Source: Zancudomyces culisetae HAW-14-8
Taxonomy: Eukaryota > Fungi > Kickxellomycota
Assembly: GCA_052426225.1 (NCBI GenBank)
Contig: JBNJNM010000010.1
Location: 310,001-374,000 of the forward strand
Length of the DNA stretch: 64,000 nucleotides
Reading direction: 5' to 3'
Shown: in pieces, positions 1 to 11,388 of the stretch
How the letters are laid out: every line of letters begins with the position of its first letter
Position numbering within the stretch: position 1 is the first letter of the stretch
Program-made: the position numbers and the translations under genes
The notes under the pieces: model-generated
Databases searched by the model: none
What the model was told of the DNA's origin: nothing
What the model saw: the letters and a program-made list of their open reading frames with translations, nothing else

Positions 1-2960
1 TGCCCAGACTAAAGGCACTCATGACGGGGATGATTCCTGGGTTTATGGATGCGGTGCTTAATTTAGTAGAAACACAGCAAGCATCTTCAGAGTCTGAAGA
101 ACAGGAGGACAGCTTGATCTGGCAACTGAAAAATACCGGGAAAAAACGGATTCATATGTATGGAGACGACACTTGGATGCGACTGTTTTCTCCCGAGACA
201 TTTGCAAAGAGCGATGGAACGACGTCGTTTTATGTGGCAGATACCGTAGAGGTGGACTACAATGTGACGCGACATATTGCGAAGGAAATGTCGACAGAAA
301 GCCAAAAGGAATGGGATGTGCTTATCCTGCATTACCTGGGGTTGGACCATATTGGACACCTGGAGGGGCCGAACAGTTTGCTGATGGGACCCAAACAAAG
401 AGAAATGGATCAAGTGGTCAAAGAGATATACGAAAATTCTGGCGAATCTACCCTGATAGTAATGCTCGGAGATCATGGAATGAATCAAAAGGGGAATCAT
501 GGTGGTGGATCGCTTGAGGAGATTTCTACAGGAATGGTGTTTATGTCATCAGGGCTGAATACAGCATCTCACTGGAGTAAAAAAAACGCAAATTTAGATG
601 CAAACACAAACATGAATGGAAAAACAATTGATACCCGAGTTATTGACCAGACAGACTTAGTCCCTACGCTGAGTTTGCTGATGGGCGTACCAATTCCCCA
701 AAATAGTCTGGGAATTCCTATTCCTGAGCTGTTTGAAGGGTACAAACTTCAAGATCAGGTGAAAATATATGAAATAGGCGCAATCCAAATTAATCGAGTA
801 ATCGAGGCCACAATACCTTCAACTATTCTCGCTGATGTTACTGCTACAGGCGTTGAAGGAGGAATTGCTGGTCGACCAAAAGTAGATATGCGCTTGCTAG
901 AATACTGTGGGGTTCCTGATTCTGACGGAAATATCAGTAATCCTGGTATTGCTGAAAAAAATGATATGTTAGAGTGTTTATATTGGAGAACACGGTATTT
1001 ACACCAAGGACTAGCAGAGAATCGCTATCAAGAGAATACACAAATTATACAGAATAATATAATAGAGGGTTATAGGAATTATGGAATCAACGCTCGTGAG
1101 AAATTGTCGAGGATATTTAGTGGATACAAACTGGACTATATGCTCGCTGGAATGCTCGTAGTGTTTACTAGTTTGATATTATTTTTGGTGAATGGATTTT
1201 ATAAGATGGTTAGTGGCAGAGGTGGAGATAGAGATAACCAGGTTCAGAACAGCAGTATAACCGGAACTACCAGAGGTGGTGTAAATACGCAACATAAAAT
1301 CACAACCAAGACCAAAGCTAAAGCCACGTGCAGGACCAAGATCAAATCGGTTGAAGTGGTTTTGGCACTTGTTTTGGGAACGGTGAGCATAGCCATGTAT
1401 GCATCATCGTTTATTGAAGAAGAGCACATGATTTGGTTCTTTTTGGCACAAAGTGTATTAATGTTTGATATATTCTGTATAGCAAAGGAGCCGACTGTTG
1501 CTGATACAGAGGCTGGTAACACCAGCAGCATCAAAAAGCGCAGAATATTGTCTATTGTTGGGATAATGACAGTATTGAGAGTAATAAAACTGTGGACATC
1601 TAATGGTGTAAAATGGGCAAGTGCTGAAGACGCATTCAACAACGAGAACTATTATGTAACAAAACTGATAAAAGCATACTTGTTTTATATATCTAACACT
1701 GGTAATAGTGACAAGACAATGGCAGCGGTGGCGGTGGAAGAAAAAATAGTTGTGTATCTTGTCTACTCGCTCTGCGTTATGGTATTGTTTCCAAGCATCG
1801 TTTATTTTATCCAAGTCAGAAAGTATCCTAGCGTATTTGGACATGTTCTAACGACAACTCAAGAACAGGGGCAAATAATGCAGGATCGGAATCGAGACCA
1901 GAATAAACATCAACTTAGATATCACGCTGATGTCTACAAATACTACAAAATCACAATCAACTTACAACGGCTACTCAGGGCAGGTATTATGTATGCCAGC
2001 TTGTCGGCAGCTTTATACCGACTAAAAGATTCCAACCTACTACTGTTACAAAACACCGAAAACAACACTGTTACATTTCTTCTTGTGGCTGTGTTTAAGG
2101 CAGCATTGCTACTCGTTCCCCAAAACGAATATGGAAACGAGATGCTCTCTTTACTTGTGTTTTTTAGTAGCGGATTGTGTATCATCCTATCAGCAGTTGT
2201 TGATGTGTATAGACAAAAGGCAAACACACAGTCTCTAAAGAGCAACTCGTCGTTTTTTGTCTACAAAGTTGATGGCCAGAACCATACTTTGAACGTTGTG
2301 TTTTGGACAGATATCCTGTTCAGTATCACACCGGTTCTATTTATGCTTGGAAAGCCAATCACTGCACCAATCTTGATCCTACTGTATATTATCTACTACC
2401 TCCTATCCTTTTCCCCTGCGGCCTCTGCTTCCACCGCTTTGTCTTCACGGTCGTTGCTAATCCTCTTTGTACTATTCAACGCCGTTTTCTTTATCGGGTT
2501 TGGTAATACCAACACTCTGTCATCTATAGACCTGAGCTCTGCTTATTGTGGGTTTATTTCCCCTCCTTCCTACTCTCTAGAGACAGTTGCTAGTGGAATT
2601 AATTGGGGCTACCTTTTAAACAACCTTCGGATTGTGTTCAACGTCTTTGTGAGCAACTGGGTTGGCCCCATATTTTTATACTTTGGCTCACTAGTCTTTG
2701 CCTCGCGCAGTCGCAACTACTCTCACTCAAGCCTTCTTATTTTAGATTTATTGAATCTACTTCTAGGCTCCCTATCTGTCGTATGCTTCAATCTACTGAT
2801 CTCTACCACAGTCCTCAGAAACCACCTCTTCATCTGGTCCGTTTTCTCACCCAAGCTGCTCTATTTATTAGCTTGGTCAGTCTTCATACTCTGTATTTCT
2901 TTTGTTTCGTTCTCCATTTATATGCTTCATTTTACTCTTTTTTATTTATTGACTGGTTAA
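1..2960 (+). CDS. GPI7: GPI ethanolamine phosphate transferase 2 (GPI7/PIG-G family), 5' end lies outside the window
   Basis: Alkaline-phosphatase-like motifs (PRLKALMTG from base 3, YGDDTW, SFYVADTVEVD, LHYLGLDHIGH, GDHGM, GNHGG) followed by a multi-TM C-terminus ending LRNHLFIWSVFSPKLLY. The frame is open upstream of the ORF-track ATG at 21. Confidence 0.9.
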   Translation, partial: PRLKALMTGMIPGFMDAVLNLVETQQASSESEEQEDSLIWQLKNTGKKRIHMYGDDTWMRLFSPETFAKSDGTTSFYVADTVEVDYNVTRHIAKEMSTESQKEWDVLILHYLGLDHIGHLEGPNSLLMGPKQREMDQVVKEIYENSGESTLIVMLGDHGMNQKGNHGGGSLEEISTGMVFMSSGLNTASHWSKKNANLDANTNMNGKTIDTRVIDQTDLVPTLSLLMGVPIPQNSLGIPIPELFEGYKLQDQVKIYEIGAIQINRVIEATIPSTILADVTATGVEGGIAGRPKVDMRLLEYCGVPDSDGNISNPGIAEKNDMLECLYWRTRYLHQGLAENRYQENTQIIQNNIIEGYRNYGINAREKLSRIFSGYKLDYMLAGMLVVFTSLILFLVNGFYKMVSGRGGDRDNQVQNSSITGTTRGGVNTQHKITTKTKAKATCRTKIKSVEVVLALVLGTVSIAMYASSFIEEEHMIWFFLAQSVLMFDIFCIAKEPTVADTEAGNTSSIKKRRILSIVGIMTVLRVIKLWTSNGVKWASAEDAFNNENYYVTKLIKAYLFYISNTGNSDKTMAAVAVEEKIVVYLVYSLCVMVLFPSIVYFIQVRKYPSVFGHVLTTTQEQGQIMQDRNRDQNKHQLRYHADVYKYYKITINLQRLLRAGIMYASLSAALYRLKDSNLLLLQNTENNTVTFLLVAVFKAALLLVPQNEYGNEMLSLLVFFSSGLCIILSAVVDVYRQKANTQSLKSNSSFFVYKVDGQNHTLNVVFWTDILFSITPVLFMLGKPITAPILILLYIIYYLLSFSPAASASTALSSRSLLILFVLFNAVFFIGFGNTNTLSSIDLSSAYCGFISPPSYSLETVASGINWGYLLNNLRIVFNVFVSNWVGPIFLYFGSLVFASRSRNYSHSSLLILDLLNLLLGSLSVVCFNLLISTTVLRNHLFIWSVFSPKLLYLLAWSVFILCISFVSFSIYMLHFTLFYLLTG

Positions 2961-3067
2961 AAGCCGGGGGGGGAAATGGAAAGTAAAAAAAATACGCTGT
3001 TTCTACAAAACATTCTATTACACTAGTTTGATCGATTGTTTCAAATTATCGAGTTTTGTTTATTGTA

Positions 3068-4729
3068 TCAAAAATCACTATAGTCACTTGACTCACCATC
3101 ATCATCATACTCTTCGTCCTCAACCACCTTTATCTTTTGGCTCACTTTTTCTGATGCAAAGCTACATATATGTGAACTAAATAACAGCGCACCTACAAGA
3201 AATACCAGTCCGTACAGTATCATCAGCACATATACAGATGCTGTCGGTGTGCTCTCTTCACACATCTCTCTTTCTTTCCGTCTCTCATCCTCCCCGATGC
3301 ATTTTAACTCTCGTCCCCCCTCCACAACATCCCCCTCACTGTTGCCCAGAAAAGCGGATATTCTTCTTCTTCTAGATCTTGCTCCTCCTGCAACCACTGC
3401 CCATTCCCTGTCCCTGTCCCTGTCCCTCTCCCTCACTGTATCACTCGTTCCTGTCTTGCCTCTTTTCTCGCTCGCTGGAAGAACACCCTTCAAAAATTTA
3501 CGATCTACTGGTCTAAAAAATTGCGGTGGTAGCGCCAATAATCCCGCCTTGCTCTCACTCCCTCTCACCCGCGTATTGTTCCACAATGCCGACGTCATTG
3601 GCGGTGTTAACGCTGTTGAAATTTCCATTGATGATGAAAATACTCGCCTCCTCATACTCAACGCTCTGCTTCTTGTCCGGTTCATAGATTCGTTTTCTCT
3701 TGACCTTCTAGCAGCATCAATCGAAAGGGAGCACCTTCGTCTCAACAAAACACTCTTTTCGCTACTTTTTGAATACTCCTTTGCCTCCTCCAAACACTCG
3801 TCGTCGATATAAGCAAATTTATCCAACTCTCTCACCAAACTTTGGCTAATGGTTCTTGATTTATATCCTTTTGTTATTGTATAGTTGCTTGTATTTTTAT
3901 CTTCGGTTTTAGCTACTTCTTGTTCGTTATCACTCGCCTCATTCTCTTCGCTAATCTCTACAATGTTTTCTGGCTGTTCTTTTATTGCCCGCTCTGCATC
4001 CGCAATCAGTGACTCTATCATCCCTCCAACTCTTTGATACCAACCATCATCAGCACCTTCCTCGTGGCTTTCATCTTCCATACTTGTCTCTGGGCTCTTC
4101 ATCTTTTGTTCGTCTATTGCTTTTGGTTCCTCTTTGTTAATATTTGGTATATCTATATCTCCTTTCTGTATCTTTTCCTGCTCGAAAACCTTTTGACTGC
4201 TTTCTCCCGGTTTCACTTCTTTTACATTTTGTGTGCCCACCTCAATACCTTGCTCAATATCCTCTATCCACTCATAAATTTTACCTATTTGCTGGCTAAC
4301 CATCTCGTATGAGTTGTTTTGATGCTCTACTGTCGCCCTCACTCTCCCTACTATTTGTTTTATTTGTGTCATTTTTCCCTTCATCCCCTCTTCACCCACA
4401 TAATCAAGTTGCGCCTCTCCATTCTCATTGGCCTTTTCCTTTCCTAAGATTGATTTTTCGTGTTGATTTTCGTTTTTACCGTGTTTTTCGCATCTGTTTT
4501 TAACCTCCGTCCGCTCCTGCTCTTTACTCTCCTCGTGAGTATCTTTTTGTATATCAATAACTCCCTCTGCCTCTAGACCTCTCAAGTATCTTATTATCGT
4601 TTCGAGATTTTCTTTGTCCGTCAAAGCATCCCCTTTGTCAAAATTTGTGTTGCGCGCATATCCCTTTGAATTTCTTTTAATCACCTCGCTGTATGGTGGT
4701 GGTGGTGGCAAATCTACACTCCTTCTCAT
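3068..4729 (-). CDS. Hypothetical charged/coiled-coil protein with one C-terminal TM helix
   Basis: 553-aa intronless ORF, E/K/R-rich, N-terminal PPPPPY, (RD)n run, hydrophobic segment VYVLMILYGLVFLVGALLF near the C-terminus. No family recognised. Confidence 0.7.
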   Translation of the reverse strand: MRRSVDLPPPPPYSEVIKRNSKGYARNTNFDKGDALTDKENLETIIRYLRGLEAEGVIDIQKDTHEESKEQERTEVKNRCEKHGKNENQHEKSILGKEKANENGEAQLDYVGEEGMKGKMTQIKQIVGRVRATVEHQNNSYEMVSQQIGKIYEWIEDIEQGIEVGTQNVKEVKPGESSQKVFEQEKIQKGDIDIPNINKEEPKAIDEQKMKSPETSMEDESHEEGADDGWYQRVGGMIESLIADAERAIKEQPENIVEISEENEASDNEQEVAKTEDKNTSNYTITKGYKSRTISQSLVRELDKFAYIDDECLEEAKEYSKSSEKSVLLRRRCSLSIDAARRSRENESMNRTRSRALSMRRRVFSSSMEISTALTPPMTSALWNNTRVRGSESKAGLLALPPQFFRPVDRKFLKGVLPASEKRGKTGTSDTVRERDRDRDREWAVVAGGARSRRRRISAFLGNSEGDVVEGGRELKCIGEDERRKEREMCEESTPTASVYVLMILYGLVFLVGALLFSSHICSFASEKVSQKIKVVEDEEYDDDGESSDYSDF

Positions 4730-6509
4730 TTTTCCGCTTGATTTTTTAGTTTGATATCTCTTCTATAGTACTCAAATGGATTATCCCACCCACTATTGTC
4801 TTGAATCTGATGTTTTATTGTTGGTTATCTACTATTGCTACTCTAATTCAAGTTCTGATGGAATGAATTTTCTAGACCTAGATTTAATAAATTGCTGCGA
4901 AAATACAAATAACAACAATAAATTTGTAATGTATTTTTTTTTGTATAAAATATATTGGCCTAGTATCTGATTAATTAGATTGGCTTTATTCTAGCTTTAT
5001 TGTTTTTTATTGTTTTTTATTTTTTTTTATTTGCCAATAATCCAAAAGGGGCATATGGGCTTTCCCTGGCACATTGCTCAAATAACAAAAAAAAACTTTA
5101 AAAACATCATTTCACGTTTCCGCAAGATGTAACCCTCCTTCCCCCTTTCACTATTTTTATTCTTTACTATAAAAAATACTAGAACAATCTTTTAACATCC
5201 TCTATTACTGCATTCCACCTACTCCCCACTAAAATACATCACTTTATTCGTGAGTTCTGGTCCTGGTCCTGGCTAATGCATTGACTTCTCTTGAGCATAC
5301 AATTATTCATCTGCTTGAAGCTGACTCTATATTAGATTATTTAAATACACAACGTTACTAGATAAAAGTACCCAAAGGAATGAAAAACTAGCTTTAACTC
5401 AATTTTCCCTTGGTTACTTTTTTATCGTTTTTCCGTTTCTCATCACCATTATTTCTATTTCACTCCACCTGTTCACGTAAATTAATATGCTTAATAAACG
5501 ATACACCACATGTCTTGTCAAAGTTTGAAATCATTCAGCTAGTGGATAACTCCAAACCACTTCACAAGAAAAAAGCTTGCTACTATCCATATTCTGCCCA
5601 AATTGGCATCTTTTTATTTTCACAGATTTTTTGTAAACTGACCTCACACTGCGAATACTTCCAGACACTTAAGCAAAAATTTGACGCCTTTACTGTCATG
5701 TGGTTAACATTCAAACATTTCTTAAATATAATATATCACAAGGTAAATAAACACAGCGTTCTGAATAGTGGAGACCATTTCGTGACCAGTAAATACCATG
5801 ATAACAGATACCTTCCGGTAATGTAAACCGAGAAAAAAATTTAACAACTATTCTATCGTAAAAGCGATGATAACGTTTAAAAGTGCATTCCAGCAAAACC
5901 AAATACAATTAATCCAGGTAAAAAAGAACAATCTGATGCCCACTTCGATCTTGAAAGGCTCATTTGCAATACGCTAGCTGAAACCTTTATTGTTTGTAAC
6001 ACCAACTACAAGATTAAAAAAAAAGTTCAGTACAAAATTTTCTATCAAGGCGTTAATCCACCCGAATCCAAGTGTTGGCTGACAAAGTCAAATCAAACAG
6101 CGTTGGACTTCTTTCCAGAAAGTTGGTGTTGTATCTTCCTCTCTCATACTATAGTTTTTGAAGCAACTGATCTGTGGCTGATTCTATATCACTTTTTTTT
6201 TTACTAAGGCTATTCTGGCTACACTGAACCATTCCAGCTCCCCTCCCCCCGATTCATGCTATTTTGGTGTCACAAACTTTCTTACCATCACAACAGATGA
6301 TTGGTTGCCGATTTTTGAAACTTTTTCCTGTTTTTTTATTTTTTTTCTTTGTATTTGTACATGCAAATTTGACGTTTCCACTGCTAAAATAAAAAAGCGA
6401 GTATTATAATAAAAGTAAAACAATAAACTGTTTTCAACTTGAAAATCATTCTCTAATCAAAAAAAAAGAAAAGTAAATCCATCTGTATAAAGTATAAGTA
6501 CACTCGAAA

Positions 6510-7410
6510 ATGCCAAGAGCTGAAGCAGGTACGCCAAAAGCGATAGCAAATCGGATAAAGGTAAGTCCAAATTTAACTTTTTTCTCATCTTGTTTGCAGA
6601 TTTTCATAAATCTAGCATTTACAATACTTATAGGCTAAAGGCCTACAAAAACTAAAGTTCTACTGTCAAATGTGTGAGAAACAATGTCGAGACGAAAATG
6701 GATTCAAGTGCCATATTACCTCGCAATCTCACCAGCGACAGATGGCTGTGTTCGTTAGCGATCCAGGACGTTTTATCCAAAACTTTTCGACCGAGTTTTT
6801 GAGCGAATTTATCAAACTATTGTCACGAAAGTATGGAACCAAACGAGTGCTTGCGAATCAAGTATATCAAGAAATAGTAGCGGATCGAAAGCATTTGCAC
6901 ATGAATGCGACGAAATGGAACACATTAACTGGGTTTGTAATGTATTTGGGTAAAGAAGGAATCTGTAAAGTTGATGAAACAGAGAGGGGTTGGTATATTG
7001 AATGGATAGACAACAGCCCTGCAGCACTGGCCAGGAGAGAAGCCATTCTAAAAAAAGAACGGAGCATTATTAATGATGAAGAGCGAGAAAAGCGGATTAT
7101 TAACGGCCAGCTCGAGGCAGCCAAGGCCAAGGCCGCTGAAAGTGAAAGCACTGTACCGGTAAGTTTATTATATTTGTTTCAGTAGGGGATATTATGTACC
7201 TTTAGTTATATTTTCATGTTTCTTCTCAAATTATATTTGAACTCACCCATTTATCCACGTGAACTATATTTTTAGAAATACTCTGAACTAAAGAGAGAAA
7301 ATAAAGAGGAACCTATAAAACTGTCCTTTGTTCCTTCAAAAAAACTGAAGACAAGCAATCTTACCGAAAAGGTTCAGATTAAAAAGAAATCGGTGTTTTC
7401 GTCAAAATAA
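6510..7410 (+). CDS. KIN17: KIN17/Rts2 zinc-finger DNA/RNA-binding protein, 3 exons (6510-6560, 6634-7158, 7276-7410)
   Basis: Spliced N-terminus MPRAEAGTPKAIANRIK|AKGLQKLKFYCQMCEKQCRDENGFKCH and motif HLHMNATKW; GT-AG introns keep the frame. Confidence 0.93.
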
Positions 7411-7658
7411 TTAGAAAACTGTATTATATCTAGACGCCATGCCTTTTAGCTGAATCTTTGGTTTATTACACATGTAGTATCGTTAAATATTGTAGAAAAA
7501 GATATTTACAAGTTTTTTTTTCTTGAAGAAAACCATAATAGCAGGAATATACCAAAATAAAATATATAAAAGTCATATTGAAGCTGATATCGTTAGCCAT
7601 TTTTCTTTGCCTTTGTGTTCACTGATGATGCCCTTCTCCTTGGTCATAAAAGCAGAAT

Positions 7659-8394
7659 CTAGACAAACCTGAAACTATCTTCAGCTATCAGGTACTCCAC
7701 TTTTTTCTCTGGGCTTTCCTCCAGGATAAAAGTTTGAGAAAAAGTTTGTTTTTTATCGTCTTTATCGGTAATAATTCCGTATACAGCCAGCAAAACGTTG
7801 CATTTTTCGTCGTTTACTATAAAATCGATTAATATACACAGTATTCTTGTAGATGGATCTTTTCAAATTCACTGGTTAAACAAAAAAAATAGATATTCTT
7901 GTTTCAACCTTCATACCATCATTCTAACTAAATGTCATTGGGATAAACATAAAAAATAAAACGGTCTCCTACCATCCAAGGGCTGGGATTCATTTGTTAT
8001 AATTTCGAATTTGGTATCAGAAAGGTTTTTCAACACATTTTCTTGAAATTCGAGCTTGCTCATTCCATTCCCATTCCAGGCGATCCTCGAAGCATCGGTA
8101 TAATATCTCTGTACAACCTAAATTTTTAAAAAAAGCTTTGTTTCAAAAAAAACCCGCCCGTCCACTGAAAAAAAGGTTATGTATACAGCACTATATTGGA
8201 TTTTATCTGAGTGTTCTGCTTTTTCTTGTTTTCACGGTTCGTTTTGTCCTCTTTTAATAATGCTTTCAAGTTAAAATCTACTACAAAGCTGGACTTACTG
8301 CTGGGCTTCTGGTTAGCAGTCGATAGTAATTCTCGGAAAAATCCCGTGCCTTGTGGTTTATTTTACCAAGAAATTTCTCTAATTTATGGTCCAT
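7659..8394 (-). CDS. NXT1: NTF2-related export protein NXT1/p15-like, 3 exons (8394-8299, 8117-7973, 7816-7659)
   Basis: Manual splice gives MDHKLEKFLGKINHKARDFSENYYRLLTRSPA|VVQRYYTDASRIAWNGNG...ESQPLD|VNDEK...TFSQTFILEE...IAEDSFRFV*. F..NYY, WNGN, F.Q.FIL and I..D.FRF are NXT1-type motifs. Confidence 0.82.
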
Positions 8395-8847
8395 TTCTTT
8401 GTTGTGAATCGATATTATTTTTTCAAAGAGAGACTTTTTAGATGAGTTAATTAAAATAACCTTAAACAATGATTTTAGTATTTAATTGCCTGGTTTTACT
8501 AAATTATTTTCCTCGTCTTTTTTTAACCCCCCCAAAAAAAAATCGATCTAACAGAAATAGCAAGAACTCCATTTCCAATGAACTAAATGCAAGACAACTC
8601 TCAGATATGACTTTGCAATAAAGAAAACCTTTATTAGTGGAGGCTTATGCACTTTTGTACTGTATCTCAATCCAAAAAAAACTCACTAACCTTATAAAGC
8701 ACATTAGCTCGCCTAGTTTAATAATACGCACAAAAAAAAGTATGTAGAAAGTAAAGCAAAAGTATATTAGGACGAAAAAAAAAGATGTTTTACGTTTTTT
8801 TGCTTTACTAATATCACTAAAAAAAATAGTGGATGATGATATAAATG

Positions 8848-10017
8848 CTACAGAAACACACCTGCCACCATGAGCAGAAACAGTGCTATTCCTACATCCA
8901 CTAAACCAAATAAGCTGGTACTGTACTTCATTGCCAGCGATTCTTGTAGCTCGCTTTTTTTCTCCTGTTCATAAAATTTGTATCCATTGCTATAACATAC
9001 CCATCGGTTTTTCGATGTAAAATCAATTCTCCTCTTGGTTTCCGTGCAACTAAGCCTTCCAGATGATTCGATAGATATTGCACCGCTCGTTTTTTTAAAG
9101 TTTGGAAGCTTTATACTATCAAATGGACCTGTGAAAAGCATTTTTCCGCTCATCTCGGTTAGCTGGGGAAAGAAATTGTTGTCAATGTCCTTAAGAAGCG
9201 TGTTGTTTTGAATCAAAAGAGCTCCTCCTATTTTGTTAAGTTTAGGGAATGCAAATTTTGCTAGCTTGGCATTCCTAATAATGTAAAGGTCCGAACTTGC
9301 AGTTTCCAATCCTTCAAAAGAAAACTCTTTAAACCCGTTTTCCATGATATTGATTGCACCATTTATGATGTTCAAAGCAGGAACATCCAACTTGGAAACT
9401 CCACTCAGTGATAGTTTTCCGTCGATTTTGGTAAGCTTTGGGGATGATAATGAGGACTCTATGTGGTTGTTCATAATTGATACATATCCACTGACCCAAG
9501 TAAGCCGTGGAAATTCAATTGACTGCAGATAGATATTGTTGCTTATATCTATCGATTTTAGTCTTTTGAAGTTGAGGTTTGTCAGTCCAGCAAGAGCAGT
9601 CTGAGATACTCGTATAAAGTTTGCCGAGTTTAGTGGATCAAGGTCGAGGGCTATCATATTTGGATTATAGTTGATGTCGAGATCCCGCACGCTTGAAAGT
9701 CTTGGTATAGCCATAGATATCAGCTGGGTGTTGTTTATAATCTTCATTGATCCAGATACACTTGTCAGATTCCCCAGAATTATGTTTTTCAAGTCAAAAC
9801 TGTTAGATATGACAAGATTTCCACTGATTTCTACAACTCCGCTCAGATCCAACTCTGCAATCTTTGCCCGCGACACCGATATATTTCCATTATAGGACCT
9901 GCAGCTTGAAACCACACTAGCATCGCCTTGTGTTTGGATTTCAATATCACCATTACAATCAACTGTAGTTTTGGAATCAGCTAGAGTTAGGAGCATATAT
10001 ATCAAAAGTATTTTCAT
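8848..10017 (-). CDS. ECM33/Sps2/Pst1-family receptor-L-domain cell-surface protein, probably GPI-anchored
   Basis: Signal peptide, repeated L..V.G.L.I..N..L pattern, paired Cys near both ends, hydrophobic C-terminal GPI-type signal. Confidence 0.85.
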   Translation of the reverse strand: MKILLIYMLLTLADSKTTVDCNGDIEIQTQGDASVVSSCRSYNGNISVSRAKIAELDLSGVVEISGNLVISNSFDLKNIILGNLTSVSGSMKIINNTQLISMAIPRLSSVRDLDINYNPNMIALDLDPLNSANFIRVSQTALAGLTNLNFKRLKSIDISNNIYLQSIEFPRLTWVSGYVSIMNNHIESSLSSPKLTKIDGKLSLSGVSKLDVPALNIINGAINIMENGFKEFSFEGLETASSDLYIIRNAKLAKFAFPKLNKIGGALLIQNNTLLKDIDNNFFPQLTEMSGKMLFTGPFDSIKLPNFKKTSGAISIESSGRLSCTETKRRIDFTSKNRWVCYSNGYKFYEQEKKSELQESLAMKYSTSLFGLVDVGIALFLLMVAGVFL

Positions 10018-10243
10018 CTTGATATATTTTATATAAAACGACGCTGTTTTACAGCTATCAAAGTATGTGTGAGATTTTATATTTTGGTTTTGTAAATGTA
10101 TTTTTTAACGGTAATGGAATATGAAGGTAAATATGTAATTTCAATTCCATTTTTTCGTGCTTTTTTCTTAATTTCAATAGTAGGAGATATGCTTTATGTG
10201 GGAGGTTATATGTGCTTTTTATAATTTCTTTTTTTCGGTCTCC

Positions 10244-10283
10244 TTTGGTTTGGTTTAGTTTGGTTTAGTTTGGTTTAGTTTTG
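10244..10283. repeat. (TTTRG)n pentanucleotide tandem repeat
   Basis: tttggtttggtttagtttggtttagtttggtttagtttt upstream of the ECM33-like gene. Confidence 0.8.
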
Positions 10284-11388
10284 AGTAGTTTTGTAAAAGG
10301 CACCTCCATAAAGTAAATAGAAACGAACTGTAAGTTCATAAATAGCATAGATTTTATGATCACCTGTGGCAGAAATAAAATATGAATCATCGAAATCCAA
10401 GTATTATATTTCCCCAGGGCCATAAAGTGAGTAGGATTACTCGAATCTACTATGCCAACACACTTTGCCATAATCTGGAATGTAATACGAAAAATAGTTA
10501 TGATAAAGTGATATAAATCATCGTATAATAAAAATTGACCATGGGTATACACATGGTAGTGTTTAAACTTGTAAAAATTTAGATATGATTAACAACACTA
10601 GTGATAGAAATAAGAAATTAATTTTTTGGTTGTTTTTTCGAATACAACTTGCACCAACCTCCACTCTATTGTGTATACATTTAGTTACATTGTAACACTA
10701 CTATTTTCATTAAAACAATGATATTTAGCCATCTTTATTAGTTGCAACAAAAAAAGCGTAATTCTATGTTAAATAAATATGGCCTTGATCCTGGTTAGTC
10801 ATATTAAGTGTATGTACACTATTTTGATTATTTCCAGATCACAAAAATACAATTTTATGAATACATATGGTATTTGAAGAGGATGAGTATATAGATATAC
10901 AAAAAAGGGGGTATATATACTTGTAGAGGGGTAAACACTAGTTCATTATCAACGCATGGATTTATATTCGCGTAGTAGTGTAATAGCGTAGTAGGGTAAA
11001 GGTATTGGTATGAAGCGTACTTTTGGTGAACCTAGATAAATCTCTAGGATTAGATTGAAAGGCGACTCTATCATATTATTGGACTATCCTATTTGGTCTT
11101 GCTTTGATCATCCATTTAGAGCGTGAAATCAAAACTTTTCATGCCAGTTTCTAGATTTTTACAGCCAAATAAATGCTGTTTTTTTGTAGGCTGAAAACTA
11201 AACAAAAGGTAGAAATATTGCGCAAACAGACAGCTCAGTTTGAAAGCAACAGAGTCTATCTCTATTCTAATAAAATCGGTCGAATATAAGTCATTTTTTC
11301 TAAATTCAAAGCAAAGCAGTACTGGTATCAGAAATAAACAAAAATAATCGAAAAACTCGAACATACAACCAAAACCTACATTTGAAGC

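Noticed and set aside
5864-5939. Possible C/D box snoRNA (GATGATA...CTGA)
   Set aside because: The C box is imperfect and I could not identify a convincing rRNA-antisense guide.
10244-10283. Interstitial telomere-like repeat
   Set aside because: The unit is a degenerate 5-mer (TTTGG/TTTAG), short, and similar simple repeats are common in this DNA.
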